64,000 nt of DNA from Victivallales bacterium (GTDB lineage Bacteria > Verrucomicrobiota > Lentisphaeria > Victivallales > GWF2-38-69), in assembly GCA_021733985.1 (NCBI GenBank), contig JAIPJT010000009.1, forward strand, positions 4,323 to 68,322, in the 5' to 3' direction. A model generated the notes under the pieces. The model did not search any database and was not told the origin of the DNA. It saw only the letters and a program-made list of their open reading frames with translations. The number at the start of each line of letters is the position of its first letter. Positions within the stretch are counted from its first letter, which is position 1. Positions 1-9,462 of this stretch are shown here, in pieces. The translations under genes and the position numbers were made by a program.

Positions 1-1194
1 AACCCTTATGCCTGGAGCCGGAACAACCTCGAGCCTTGTTACTCTCGGCCCGGTGACTGCATCGGTGACTTTAGCATTTACTCCAAAACTGTTAAGCGTA
101 TCCTGGAGGGTTTCTTTTGCTATGGCAATAATGTCTGCAGGGTCGCCGTTAACCTCTTTAATGTCGCTAAGCAGTTTCACAGAAGGAAGAGTATACCCCT
201 TTTTTGAATTTACACGATGAGGTTTTTTTGCACTTGGACCCCTCTTTAATCCCTTTTTATCTTCAATATTGAAATTTCCGTTTCTGTTATAGTGTTTTAA
301 CTGAACAGGAGGTGCTTCTTCAGACTGAACGGTTTCATCATTAGTTTCCGGTTCCGGTTCCGGTTCTTTTTTTACTCGGGCTGCTCTTCTTTTTTCTATC
401 TTTTTTCTACTTTCCTCAATATCTTTTACCTGGAGAACTGCGGAATTGAACGAATCAGTGTCAAAAGCCTTCTCTTCCTGCTTCGGTTTTTTTTCTCGTT
501 TTAATTTTGAAAGCTTACTGAAAATTTTACTAAATATCCGGAAGAATTTATTTATACCTTCTAAAGTTTCGGCCTGCCACATAAAAATAGTTCCGGTAAC
601 GGTAAAAGCTATAGCCAGAATTGCACAGCCGACGGTACCGACATAGCGTCTTAAGATTCCGGCCGGCAGACTGTCAGTGGGAGGACTGGATAAAAACTGT
701 CCTACAGTACCTCCTGAGAGTGCAGAAGCAGGTGAAGCTTCTCTGCCAATTCCAAGTTTATCCGTGAGATCAACAAAATTTTCGGGCCACATTGCAAAAA
801 GCATACTAAATCCAATTATAAAAGAAATTGAACAGAATATAAATCCTTTTCGTTTATAGTACGGATTACTGCGAAATGATTGGATAGAAATAAGAAGAAA
901 AAATCCAATTATCGGATAAGATGTTATCCCGAATAGAAGCAGCAGGTATTTTGAAAGGAAGGCCCCCGTTAAACCTATCCAGTTTTGTATTTGCCCCTGT
1001 ACTCCGCCGTTCATCAGTGCAAAATCGTAGGGATTTACAGATATAAGAGAGAGGAAAGCCAACAGAAAAAAGAAACAGAAAAATATTTTCCAAAATAGTA
1101 TTTTAACAGGACTGTTCCCGGTCTCCTGCTTTTTTCCGGCTCCTGTTTTCTTTTGAGTAGTTGCCCGAGCCTTGTTCTTTGTTTTTGCGACCAT
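1..1194 (-). CDS. ftsK: DNA translocase FtsK/SpoIIIE (N-terminal part; runs off the window start)
   Basis: Not in the ORF track because no stop falls in the window. Manual translation from ATG at 1194 gives MVAKTKNKAR..., several TM segments (NWIGLTGAFLS), a charged linker, then YTLPSVKLL...LQDTLNSFGVNAKVTDAVTGPRVTRLEVVPAPGIRV, typical of the FtsK alpha domain. Confidence 0.93.
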   Translation of the reverse strand, partial: MVAKTKNKARATTQKKTGAGKKQETGNSPVKILFWKIFFCFFFLLAFLSLISVNPYDFALMNGGVQGQIQNWIGLTGAFLSKYLLLLFGITSYPIIGFFLLISIQSFRSNPYYKRKGFIFCSISFIIGFSMLFAMWPENFVDLTDKLGIGREASPASALSGGTVGQFLSSPPTDSLPAGILRRYVGTVGCAILAIAFTVTGTIFMWQAETLEGINKFFRIFSKIFSKLSKLKREKKPKQEEKAFDTDSFNSAVLQVKDIEESRKKIEKRRAARVKKEPEPEPETNDETVQSEEAPPVQLKHYNRNGNFNIEDKKGLKRGPSAKKPHRVNSKKGYTLPSVKLLSDIKEVNGDPADIIAIAKETLQDTLNSFGVNAKVTDAVTGPRVTRLEVVPAPGIRV

Positions 1195-1400
1195 ATCTTT
1201 TATATTATATTTTGGTTGAACTGAAACTGAAAGATAAATTATATATACTATAAATATATCATTTTTTTTGTTAAAAAAAAGTAACACACAGAACTGGATT
1301 TATCTGTATGGACAAGGAAATTAACAAATATCAATTTAGTGAAAAAACAAATAAAACTTGAATAATATCTTTTTAAAATTTAAATATTTATTTGCAGCCT

Positions 1401-1832
1401 ATGATTATTATATCCCAAAATCTTAAAATTTCTGATAATGAAATAGAAGTTGAGCAAATTCCGGCACAGGGGCCCGGAGGCCAGAATGTAAATAAAGTGG
1501 CTACAGCAGTCCACCTCAGGTTTGACATAACTGCTTCAGCACTCCCTGAAAATTGTAAACAGAAGTTATTAAAATTGAACGACAACAGATTAACAAAAAG
1601 CGGTATAATTGTAATAAAGAGCCAGTGTTTCAGAAGTTTTGAAAAAAATAAAGAGGAAGCAATTAACCGTTTGATAAGAATTATTAAAAGTAGTTTTGAA
1701 CCTAAAAGAAAAAGGAAGCCTACAAAACCGCCGTTGAGTTCAAACAGAAAAAGGCTTGATCATAAAACTAAACATTCATTGCAAAAAAAAATGAGGAAAA
1801 AGTTGATTATAGGAAAACAGGCTTATGAATAA
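1401..1832 (+). CDS. arfB: Alternative ribosome-rescue peptidyl-tRNA hydrolase ArfB
   Basis: GPGGQNVNKVATAV motif (GGQ) and basic C-terminal tail (PKRKRKPTKP). ATG at 1401 preferred over TTG at 1392. Confidence 0.93.
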   Translation: MIIISQNLKISDNEIEVEQIPAQGPGGQNVNKVATAVHLRFDITASALPENCKQKLLKLNDNRLTKSGIIVIKSQCFRSFEKNKEEAINRLIRIIKSSFEPKRKRKPTKPPLSSNRKRLDHKTKHSLQKKMRKKLIIGKQAYE

Positions 1833-3327
1833 AGATTTTGAAATTTTAAAAAAACTCATTTACGAAATTAATGACATCGAACATGCAGCCGCCGTATTAA
1901 ACTGGGATCAGGAAGCTTTTATGCCCGAAAAAGGTATCAGTGACCGTGTAAACCAGATATCAACTTTAAGCAAGATTGCACATGAAAAGTTTACAACTGA
2001 TAAAATGGGAGACCTTATAGAAAAAATTAAAGAGAAAATAAAAAAAGTAAATCCAGAGTCAGACGAAGCCAGGCTCATTAAGGTTCTTGACAGGAACTAT
2101 AAAAAAAGCGTAAAGGTGCCATCTGAACTTGTTACAGAGATGTCAAAAGCAGCTTCTCTCGGTCAGCAGAACTGGGCTATAGCGAAACGGAATTCCGATT
2201 TTTCAGCTTTTGTGCCTTACTTGAAGAAACTTATTGAACTTCGTAAACAGTACGCAAAAATTTTTACTCCGTACGATCATATCTATGACCCTCTGCTGGA
2301 TGACTTTGAACCGGGTTTGAAGACTGCGGATGTCAAGGAGATATTTAAAAAACTTAAACCAAGTCAAGCTGAACTTTTAAATAAGATTGCTGAAAAACAG
2401 AAAATAGACAATTCTTTCCTTTTCGGAGTTTATAATAAAAAAAAACAACGGAGTTTCGGGGCTGATGTTATAACAAAGCTCGGATATGACTGGAGCAGGG
2501 GCCGACAGGATACGACAGAGCATCCGTTTACTACAAATTTCGGGATAGATGATGTTAGAATAACAACAAAGATAGACAAGAATTATCTGCCGACAGGGTT
2601 ATTTGGGTCAATTCATGAAGCCGGCCATGCAATATATGAGCAGGGGATAGCAAAGGAACTCGCCAGGACTCCTCTTGCCGAGGGTGCCTCACTGGCTATA
2701 CATGAATCTCAGTCAAGGTTATGGGAGAACCTGGTAGGACGCTCTCTCGCTTTCTGGAAATACTTTTATCCTAAACTTCAAAACATTTTTCCAGAAAATC
2801 TTGACGGCGTTTCTCTTGAAAAATTCTATAAGGGTATCAATAAAGTAGCACCGACTATGATAAGGGTCGAAGCCGATGAAGCTACTTATAATATGCATAT
2901 AATGGTTAGGTTCGAACTGGAAACGGCTCTTGTCGAAGAGACAGTCAATGTTAAAGACTTACCCGAAATCTGGAACCTAAAAATGAAGGAATACTTTGGT
3001 ATTACACCGGTGAATGATGCGCAGGGTGTGCTTCAGGATATCCACTGGTCAATGGGGGCAATAGGATATTTTACTACTTATGCTCTCGGAAATCTGATAT
3101 CGGCCCAGCTTTGGGAATGTATAAACCGCGATATTAGAGATTTAAACAGCCAAATAGAAAAAGGAAATTTCGACACTCTTTTACATTGGCTTAGAAATAA
3201 AATTTATATGCACGGTTCAAAATACGAACCCCAGGAACTTGTGGAAAAAGTTACGGGAACGACAATTAATCCAGCGCCGTACATTAGATATCTGAAAGCA
3301 AAGTACAGCGATATATACAGCCTGTAA
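1825..3327 (+). CDS. M32 family (Taq-like) metallocarboxypeptidase
   Basis: HPF, HEAGH, HESQ, IRVEADE and GVLQDIHW motifs; 500 aa. Confidence 0.95.
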   Translation: MNKDFEILKKLIYEINDIEHAAAVLNWDQEAFMPEKGISDRVNQISTLSKIAHEKFTTDKMGDLIEKIKEKIKKVNPESDEARLIKVLDRNYKKSVKVPSELVTEMSKAASLGQQNWAIAKRNSDFSAFVPYLKKLIELRKQYAKIFTPYDHIYDPLLDDFEPGLKTADVKEIFKKLKPSQAELLNKIAEKQKIDNSFLFGVYNKKKQRSFGADVITKLGYDWSRGRQDTTEHPFTTNFGIDDVRITTKIDKNYLPTGLFGSIHEAGHAIYEQGIAKELARTPLAEGASLAIHESQSRLWENLVGRSLAFWKYFYPKLQNIFPENLDGVSLEKFYKGINKVAPTMIRVEADEATYNMHIMVRFELETALVEETVNVKDLPEIWNLKMKEYFGITPVNDAQGVLQDIHWSMGAIGYFTTYALGNLISAQLWECINRDIRDLNSQIEKGNFDTLLHWLRNKIYMHGSKYEPQELVEKVTGTTINPAPYIRYLKAKYSDIYSL

Positions 3328-3538
3328 ATAGCAAGATAAAACAACTGCAGTCTGTATATTTTTTAAATTACTATATATATTGAATATTCCTAATTGTTCC
3401 GGCCTTACTGTTTTGTAATAAGTTTTTCGTAAGTAAAGTTCATTCCACTTTTATTATTTTTTTGAAAAAAGATAATAAAGTATTAAATTATAATACTGTA
3501 ATAGTTTAAATTATTTAATTAAAATAAGGATTTGATAT

Positions 3539-3778
3539 ATGTGTTTAGCGGTTCCAATGAAAATTATTCAGATAAATGATGACAATACAGGAATAGTTGC
3601 GGCAGATGATGCCTCATATAAGGTAAGTCTTTCTCTCATTAAGGACCCTGTGGTTGAAGAGTTTGTAATTGTACACGCAGGATATGCTATTGAGAAGCTT
3701 GACGAAGAAGAGGCAAATACAAGAATAGACCTGTTCAGAGAGCTGGCTGAAGTTAACAGTGAGATGGTAAAACAGTAA
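3539..3778 (+). CDS. hypC: [NiFe]-hydrogenase maturation chaperone HypC/HupF
   Basis: N-terminal MCLAVP and VIVHAGYAI motifs; 79 aa. Confidence 0.95.
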   Translation: MCLAVPMKIIQINDDNTGIVAADDASYKVSLSLIKDPVVEEFVIVHAGYAIEKLDEEEANTRIDLFRELAEVNSEMVKQ

Positions 3779-4029
3779 AACAGCAAGATGATGAAAAGGG
3801 CCTCAATGTTTGCATTTTTATAATGTTCTTTTACTGATAAGAGGGATGGGGCTCCCCCTATCTCAGTGCTCACTGGAACTAAGTTCTGTTAACGTTCAGC
3901 AGAATTCTGATAAATACCAAATTAAATTGCAGTTATAGGCACGGGATTTAGATTAACATGAACAAATCAACTAAAAGTCAAATAATAAGACCAGGATCGG
4001 GTTTATGAATTGGATTATAAAGAGAATGA

Positions 4030-5130
4030 ATGATGAAGTATATAGATGACTATAAGAATCCCGGGGCTGCAAGGAAAATAACTGAGAATATTAATACTCT
4101 GGCGGAGAAGCTCCCTGCAGCAAAAAGAAATTTCAGTATAATGGAGGTATGCGGCAGTCATACAATGGCCATTGCAAGGTACGGAATAAGGGAGTTGCTT
4201 CCGGAAAATATTTCCCTGATAAGCGGGCCCGGATGTCCGGTATGTGTAACAGATGCGGGTTATATTGACACAGCTGTTGAACTTTCCCGCAATGGAATTA
4301 CCATAGCCACTTTCGGCGATATGATAAATGTTCCAGGTAGCGACACTTCCCTGGGCAAGTGCAGATCGGAAGGTGCAGATATTCATATCTGCTATTCTCC
4401 ATTATCCGCCCTTGAACTTGCAGAGAAAAATCCGGATAGAGAAGTTGTTTTTCTTGCAATCGGCTTTGAAACTACAATAGCGCCATTAATGGCACTGCTC
4501 GAAACTGCTAAGTCAAAAAATATTAAAAATCTTTCAATTATGACAGCTTTCAAGCTTGTCCCGCCTGCCTTGGAAGCATTAACTTCTGACCCGGAATTAA
4601 AGGTGGATTCTTTTCTGTGTCCGGCACATGTTAGTGCAATTATCGGCGAACGACCTTATCAGTTGTTTGTAAAAAAACATAAAATTCCATGCGTTATTGC
4701 AAGTTTTGAGCCCCTGGACATTCTTTATGGTATAGAAGGTATATTAGAACAGGTTGTAAGTAATAAAGCTTTTGTAGACAACAGGTATAAAAGGGTAGTT
4801 AAACAAGAAGGGAATACTACTGCACAACATTTTATGGATAAGTATCTTGTGCCGTACGATGCCTCATGGCGGGGGATTGGCATTATACCGCGAAGCGGTT
4901 TAAAATTAAAAAATGAATTTGACGAATACAATACAGAAAAAAGATTTAATATTGAAGTTAAGCCGGGAAAACCGAATCCGGCTTGCAGGTGCGGCGATGT
5001 ATTAAAAGGTAAAATAAAACCCTCAGAATGTCCGCTGTTTAGAAGAACTTGCAATCCGTTTCATCCTGTAGGGCCATGTATGGTTAGTTCTGAAGGAAGC
5101 TGTGCTGCTTTCTTTAAATATGTAAAGTAA
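4030..5130 (+). CDS. hypD: Hydrogenase maturation protein HypD
   Basis: MEVCGSHT, GPGCPVCV, GFETT, PAHVS and GPCMVSSEGSC motifs. Confidence 0.97.
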   Translation: MMKYIDDYKNPGAARKITENINTLAEKLPAAKRNFSIMEVCGSHTMAIARYGIRELLPENISLISGPGCPVCVTDAGYIDTAVELSRNGITIATFGDMINVPGSDTSLGKCRSEGADIHICYSPLSALELAEKNPDREVVFLAIGFETTIAPLMALLETAKSKNIKNLSIMTAFKLVPPALEALTSDPELKVDSFLCPAHVSAIIGERPYQLFVKKHKIPCVIASFEPLDILYGIEGILEQVVSNKAFVDNRYKRVVKQEGNTTAQHFMDKYLVPYDASWRGIGIIPRSGLKLKNEFDEYNTEKRFNIEVKPGKPNPACRCGDVLKGKIKPSECPLFRRTCNPFHPVGPCMVSSEGSCAAFFKYVK

Positions 5131-5163
5131 ATATGTAAAGTAGAAATTGTTTACGGTTTAATT

Positions 5164-6168
5164 ATGACGGATAAAATTCAAATAGCCCATGGCGGTGGTG
5201 GTCGCCTTTCATCTCAACTGATAGATGACCAGATTGTTTCGAGGTTCGGCGACGGCCCTTTGAAAGGGTTGCCGGATGCAGCTTCATTACCTGGAATTAA
5301 CGGTAGAATTATATATTCTACAGACAGTTATGTAGTACAGCCTATTGAATTTCCCGGCGGAAATATAGGCAATCTTGCTATACATGGTACAGTAAACGAT
5401 ATTTCCGTTGCAGGCGGAAAACCCCTTTGGATATCGCTTTCACTGATAATTGAGGAAGGTTTTGAAATGAGCACCTTCCGGAAAGTGCTTGATACAATAA
5501 AATCATCAGCAGAGGAATGCGGCGTAAAAGTTGTTACGGGTGACACAAAAGTTGTAGCTAAGGGGCAATGTGATAAAATTTTTATAAATACTTCAGGTAT
5601 AGGTGAAGCTTTTTCAGAATTTACACTTAATAAAACAAATATAAAACCAGGCGATAAAATAATTGTTAATGGGACTGTGGGTGATCACGGAATGGCTGTC
5701 CTTACAGCGCGTGAGGGTATAAATATAATTAACGGTCCTGAAAGTGATACTGCATCCGTGCACAGGCTGGTTGAGTCTGCAAGAGAATTCGGGGGACATG
5801 TAAAGTTTATGCGGGATCCTACACGCGGGGGTGTAGCTACTGTCCTAAATGAAATTGTAGAAAATAATAATTTCGGGATTAAGTTGAAAGAAACAGAACT
5901 GCCTGTTTCTCCCGGAACTCATTCGATTTCTGAAATACTTGGTATAGATCCATTGGCTCTTGCATGCGAAGGTAGAATGCTTCTGGTATGTTCACCTGAA
6001 GTTTCAGAGAAAATTTTACAGAAATGGAAAAAATTCCCTGAAGGCAAAAAAGCAAAAGTTATTGGGACGGCAACAGAAGACCGAGGCATGGTTCTATTAG
6101 AAGCTGTTACCGGTGGTACACGTTTGGTTGATGTTCCGCTGGGGGAACTCCTTCCGAGGATTTGTTAA
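5164..6168 (+). CDS. hypE: Hydrogenase maturation carbamoyl dehydratase HypE
   Basis: AHGGGG, TDSYVV, GDTKVV, RDPTRGG and the C-terminal LPRIC. Confidence 0.97.
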   Translation: MTDKIQIAHGGGGRLSSQLIDDQIVSRFGDGPLKGLPDAASLPGINGRIIYSTDSYVVQPIEFPGGNIGNLAIHGTVNDISVAGGKPLWISLSLIIEEGFEMSTFRKVLDTIKSSAEECGVKVVTGDTKVVAKGQCDKIFINTSGIGEAFSEFTLNKTNIKPGDKIIVNGTVGDHGMAVLTAREGINIINGPESDTASVHRLVESAREFGGHVKFMRDPTRGGVATVLNEIVENNNFGIKLKETELPVSPGTHSISEILGIDPLALACEGRMLLVCSPEVSEKILQKWKKFPEGKKAKVIGTATEDRGMVLLEAVTGGTRLVDVPLGELLPRIC

Positions 6169-6262
6169 TTCCGCAATTTAGTAACTTGACAAACATAATA
6201 AATCTGATAACTTGATATCCTATCAGCAGTTATAAAGTTCATTAATTAAGAAAAATTTAACT

Positions 6263-6604
6263 ATGCATGAATTATCTTTAGCAGACTCTATGGTACAGGA
6301 AATTGAAGCGATAATGGAAAAAGAAGGCGCAGAAAAGGTATTTTCCGTCACAGTTAAAATGGGTAGACTGTCCGGAGTTGAAAAAGAGCCTTTTGAATTT
6401 GCTTTCCCAATTGTTGCAGAAGGAACAAAACTGGAAAAAAGCAAACTTATTATAGAAGAATCGCCTGTTATCGTTAAGTGTAAAGACTGTATGACCGAAA
6501 CAGTTCTTGAAACCCCTTTCGCCAAGTGTGGAAACTGCGGCTCAAGAAATGTTGATTATATAAGTGGAAAAGAATTTTTAATCAAATCTTTGGAGATTGA
6601 ATAA
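6263..6604 (+). CDS. hypA: Hydrogenase nickel metallochaperone HypA
   Basis: N-terminal MHELS and two CxxC Zn motifs. Confidence 0.96.
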   Translation: MHELSLADSMVQEIEAIMEKEGAEKVFSVTVKMGRLSGVEKEPFEFAFPIVAEGTKLEKSKLIIEESPVIVKCKDCMTETVLETPFAKCGNCGSRNVDYISGKEFLIKSLEIE

Positions 6605-7377
6605 TGTGCGAAGATTGCGGCTGCCATGAGGGCAATGAAAAAAAATATTTTGGACATGCACACAGCCATGTACATCATCATCCGCATACTCATGATCATG
6701 AAAGTGCAGAGAACGAAAGCAAAAATGACGCTCAAACCAGGGTATTGAATATTGAGCATAATATTCTTGCTAAAAATAACCATATTGCTTCTCATAATCG
6801 TGAGTGGCTGACAGAAAAAAATGTATTAACAATAAATCTTATCTCCTCTCCCGGATCAGGAAAAACCACTCTTTTGCAAAAGACTCTAAAAGAGCTGAAG
6901 GGGAAATTAAACTGTTCTGTAATCGTAGGCGATCAGAGCACTGACAATGATGCTAAAAAGCTTAAGGAGCATTGCGAAAATGTTTATCAGATTGAAACTA
7001 AAAGCTCCTGTCATCTGACTGCGGAACAAGTTTCTAAAGTACTGCCGGAAGTAGTAGACGAAAAAACAGAAGTGCTTTTCATCGAGAATGTTGGCAATCT
7101 TATATGTCCTGCTGCTTTTGATTTAGGAGAAAATTTCAAAATTGCTCTGCTCTCAACAACTGAGGGAGAAGATAAACCTGTAAAATACCCTGTTATATTC
7201 TCTGATGCCAAAGTTGTCATTATGACAAAAACCGACCTTATACCGCATTTGAACTGGGATGTAAAAAAATGCAGAAACTCAATAAGGCAGATTAATCCTG
7301 GCGTGTTTGTCTTTGAACTGAGTGCAGCCTCAGGGGAAGGAATGTCTGACTGGATCAATTATCTGAGAAGACTGTAA
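6604..7377 (+). CDS. hypB: Hydrogenase nickel-incorporation GTPase HypB
   Basis: MCEDCGC N-terminus, His-rich stretch, SSPGSGKTT, ENVGNLICP, TEGEDKP. Confidence 0.97.
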   Translation: MCEDCGCHEGNEKKYFGHAHSHVHHHPHTHDHESAENESKNDAQTRVLNIEHNILAKNNHIASHNREWLTEKNVLTINLISSPGSGKTTLLQKTLKELKGKLNCSVIVGDQSTDNDAKKLKEHCENVYQIETKSSCHLTAEQVSKVLPEVVDEKTEVLFIENVGNLICPAAFDLGENFKIALLSTTEGEDKPVKYPVIFSDAKVVIMTKTDLIPHLNWDVKKCRNSIRQINPGVFVFELSAASGEGMSDWINYLRRL

Positions 7378-7388
7378 AAAATAAAATT

Positions 7389-8120
7389 ATGGTTAACAGC
7401 AGAACCGGAAAAGATTTTTTTTATGATTCAGGTATTCTATTAGTAGATAAACCTTCAGGCTGGACTAGTCATGACGTTGTAAACCTGATTCGTAAAAGGT
7501 TTAAAGCAAAAAAAGTAGGACACTGCGGGACATTGGATCCGGCTGCTACGGGACTATTAGTTATTGTAATCGGAAAGGCGACAAAACTGAGTCAGAGATT
7601 AAGCGGCCAGGATAAAACTTATCGAGCTACTATCCTTTTAGGTAAAGAGACAGATTCGATGGACCTGGACGGGGATGTCATATCAGAAAGTGAAGACTGG
7701 AAAAGATTGAATCCATCCGAAGTAAGACTTGCAATCTTAAATTTCAAAGGGAATCAGTTGCAGATTCCACCTATGGTTTCAGCAAAAAAAATAAATGGGA
7801 AAAAACTTTATGAACTGGCCCGAAAGGGAAAAACAGTGAAACGGGATCCGGTACCTATTGTAATTAATTCACTCACTATAGAAAACATTGAACTGCCAAC
7901 TGCAAGTTTTACAGTAAACTGTTCAAAAGGTACTTACATTAGAGTTCTAAGCTCAGAGATAGGTAAGAAACTCGGATGTGGTGCCGTTTTAAAAAAATTG
8001 AGAAGAATAGAATGCGGAACATCTAAAATAGAGGATTCCTATAGTATTGAAACTATAAAAAGCTGGGAACAGTGTGATTTGTCCAGAAACCTCATATGGT
8101 CACATAATATTACAATGTGA
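7389..8120 (+). CDS. truB: tRNA pseudouridine(55) synthase TruB
   Basis: DKPSGWTSHDVV, GHCGTLDPAATG, QIPPMVSA, CSKGTYIR. Confidence 0.96.
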   Translation: MVNSRTGKDFFYDSGILLVDKPSGWTSHDVVNLIRKRFKAKKVGHCGTLDPAATGLLVIVIGKATKLSQRLSGQDKTYRATILLGKETDSMDLDGDVISESEDWKRLNPSEVRLAILNFKGNQLQIPPMVSAKKINGKKLYELARKGKTVKRDPVPIVINSLTIENIELPTASFTVNCSKGTYIRVLSSEIGKKLGCGAVLKKLRRIECGTSKIEDSYSIETIKSWEQCDLSRNLIWSHNITM

Positions 8121-8356
8121 AGAGAAATTGCATAAAATTAATCATCAGCTGTGGTAAATAAAAAACTTTTCATAGAAGCTGTCTGATTGTACCAATTTGG
8201 ACTGTTTATAGCAGCCGGGTATGGAAGCTTTACATTAAATAAACGCTATTTAACAATGAAACATATTTTTATCTTTGAAAAGTTGATAAAAATAAGTTTT
8301 GTATTATATTCAAATGGTTTGAATATATGTAAATTTAGTGGATAAAGAGGTTAACT

Positions 8357-8479
8357 ATGTCCGGAGCTGGAAAAGGCAGTAGGCCGCGTAAAGTTAATTT
8401 TGAAAAGTTCAGTAGAAACTACGATAAAATATTTTTAAAAAGCAAAAAGAATAACAGACTTTCTGTAAATACAAAATAA
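8357..8479 (+). CDS. Small basic protein, 40 aa (MSGAGKGSRPRKVNFEKFSRNYDKIFLKSKKNNRLSVNTK)
   Basis: Below the ORF-track cutoff. AGAGG RBS 6 nt before ATG 8357; TAA at 8477-8479; TTGATA-16nt-TATATT promoter-like sequence at 8283-8310. Confidence 0.7.
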   Translation: MSGAGKGSRPRKVNFEKFSRNYDKIFLKSKKNNRLSVNTK

Positions 8480-8565
8480 TCCTGTAGTCTGTTTGTTCTT
8501 CTTTTAATATAATACTGCTTTTCTGTCGTTTAGACTTAGGCTAACCAACAATTTAAATGGAATAA

Positions 8566-9357
8566 ATGAACTGTATGGATTTTAATATTACTGTTCTTGG
8601 CAGCGGCAGTTCCGGTAATGCCATATTGCTATCTTTAGGGGATAACGGTATTTTGATAGATGCAGGTTTCAGCCGCAAAGAAATATTGACAAGATTAAAT
8701 AAGCTTTCAATCCCTCCTGAAACCATCAAAGCAATATTGGTAACACATGAACATTCAGACCATGTTAAAGGGTTAAGAGTTACCGCTGATACCTTAGATA
8801 TACCAGCATACTTGAATTATGAAACCGCAAAATTTCTTGAATCAAGAAATAAACTCTGTAAAAAAAAATATATTTTCGATTCAGGAACACCATTTAAACT
8901 TCTTGATTTTACGGTACATCCGTTCAGAGTCGCTCATGACGCTATAGATCCTGTAGGTTTTATAATATCTTCCAGTAATTTTAATATTGGTGTGGCACTA
9001 GACATCGGCCATATGAACACTCTCGCGAAATGCAGGCTCAAAGGTTGCCACTCGATAATATTAGAGAGTAACTATGATACTGAACTTCTTAATAAATCGA
9101 AACGCCCGTTAAAGCTGAAAAGAAGAATAGCTGGAAGATTCGGGCATCTAAGCAATGATGATGCACTAAATTCATTTCATGAGATTTTGACTGAGAATTC
9201 TAAAAACCTTTTCCTGGGCCATATCAGTTCAGAATGTAATAATCATTCTATTCTTACAGATAAAGCAAGAAAGAGGCTTTCTGAAATTATGCGTAAAGAT
9301 ATTAATTTATCAATATTAAGTCAGCATGAACCGTCAGGGCCGGTGTTAATATCATAA
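8566..9357 (+). CDS. MBL-fold metallo-hydrolase (YycJ/WalJ-like)
   Basis: LGSGSSGN, THEHSDH, HDA, LESNYD, GHLSN, LGHIS motifs. Confidence 0.9.
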   Translation: MNCMDFNITVLGSGSSGNAILLSLGDNGILIDAGFSRKEILTRLNKLSIPPETIKAILVTHEHSDHVKGLRVTADTLDIPAYLNYETAKFLESRNKLCKKKYIFDSGTPFKLLDFTVHPFRVAHDAIDPVGFIISSSNFNIGVALDIGHMNTLAKCRLKGCHSIILESNYDTELLNKSKRPLKLKRRIAGRFGHLSNDDALNSFHEILTENSKNLFLGHISSECNNHSILTDKARKRLSEIMRKDINLSILSQHEPSGPVLIS

Positions 9358-9462
9358 TTGGTCAAGGAGCGAACAGGTTACATACTTTGCGGCCTTATTC
9401 GAACACAGCAGATAGCACCCTTTTCGGGCAACTGCTAATAATTCTTTAAAAGGTTATAAATT

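Noticed and set aside
8-1093. Short ORFs 8..220, 446..646, 677..859 and 866..1093 in the ORF track
   Set aside because: They are shadows of the long minus-strand ftsK frame.
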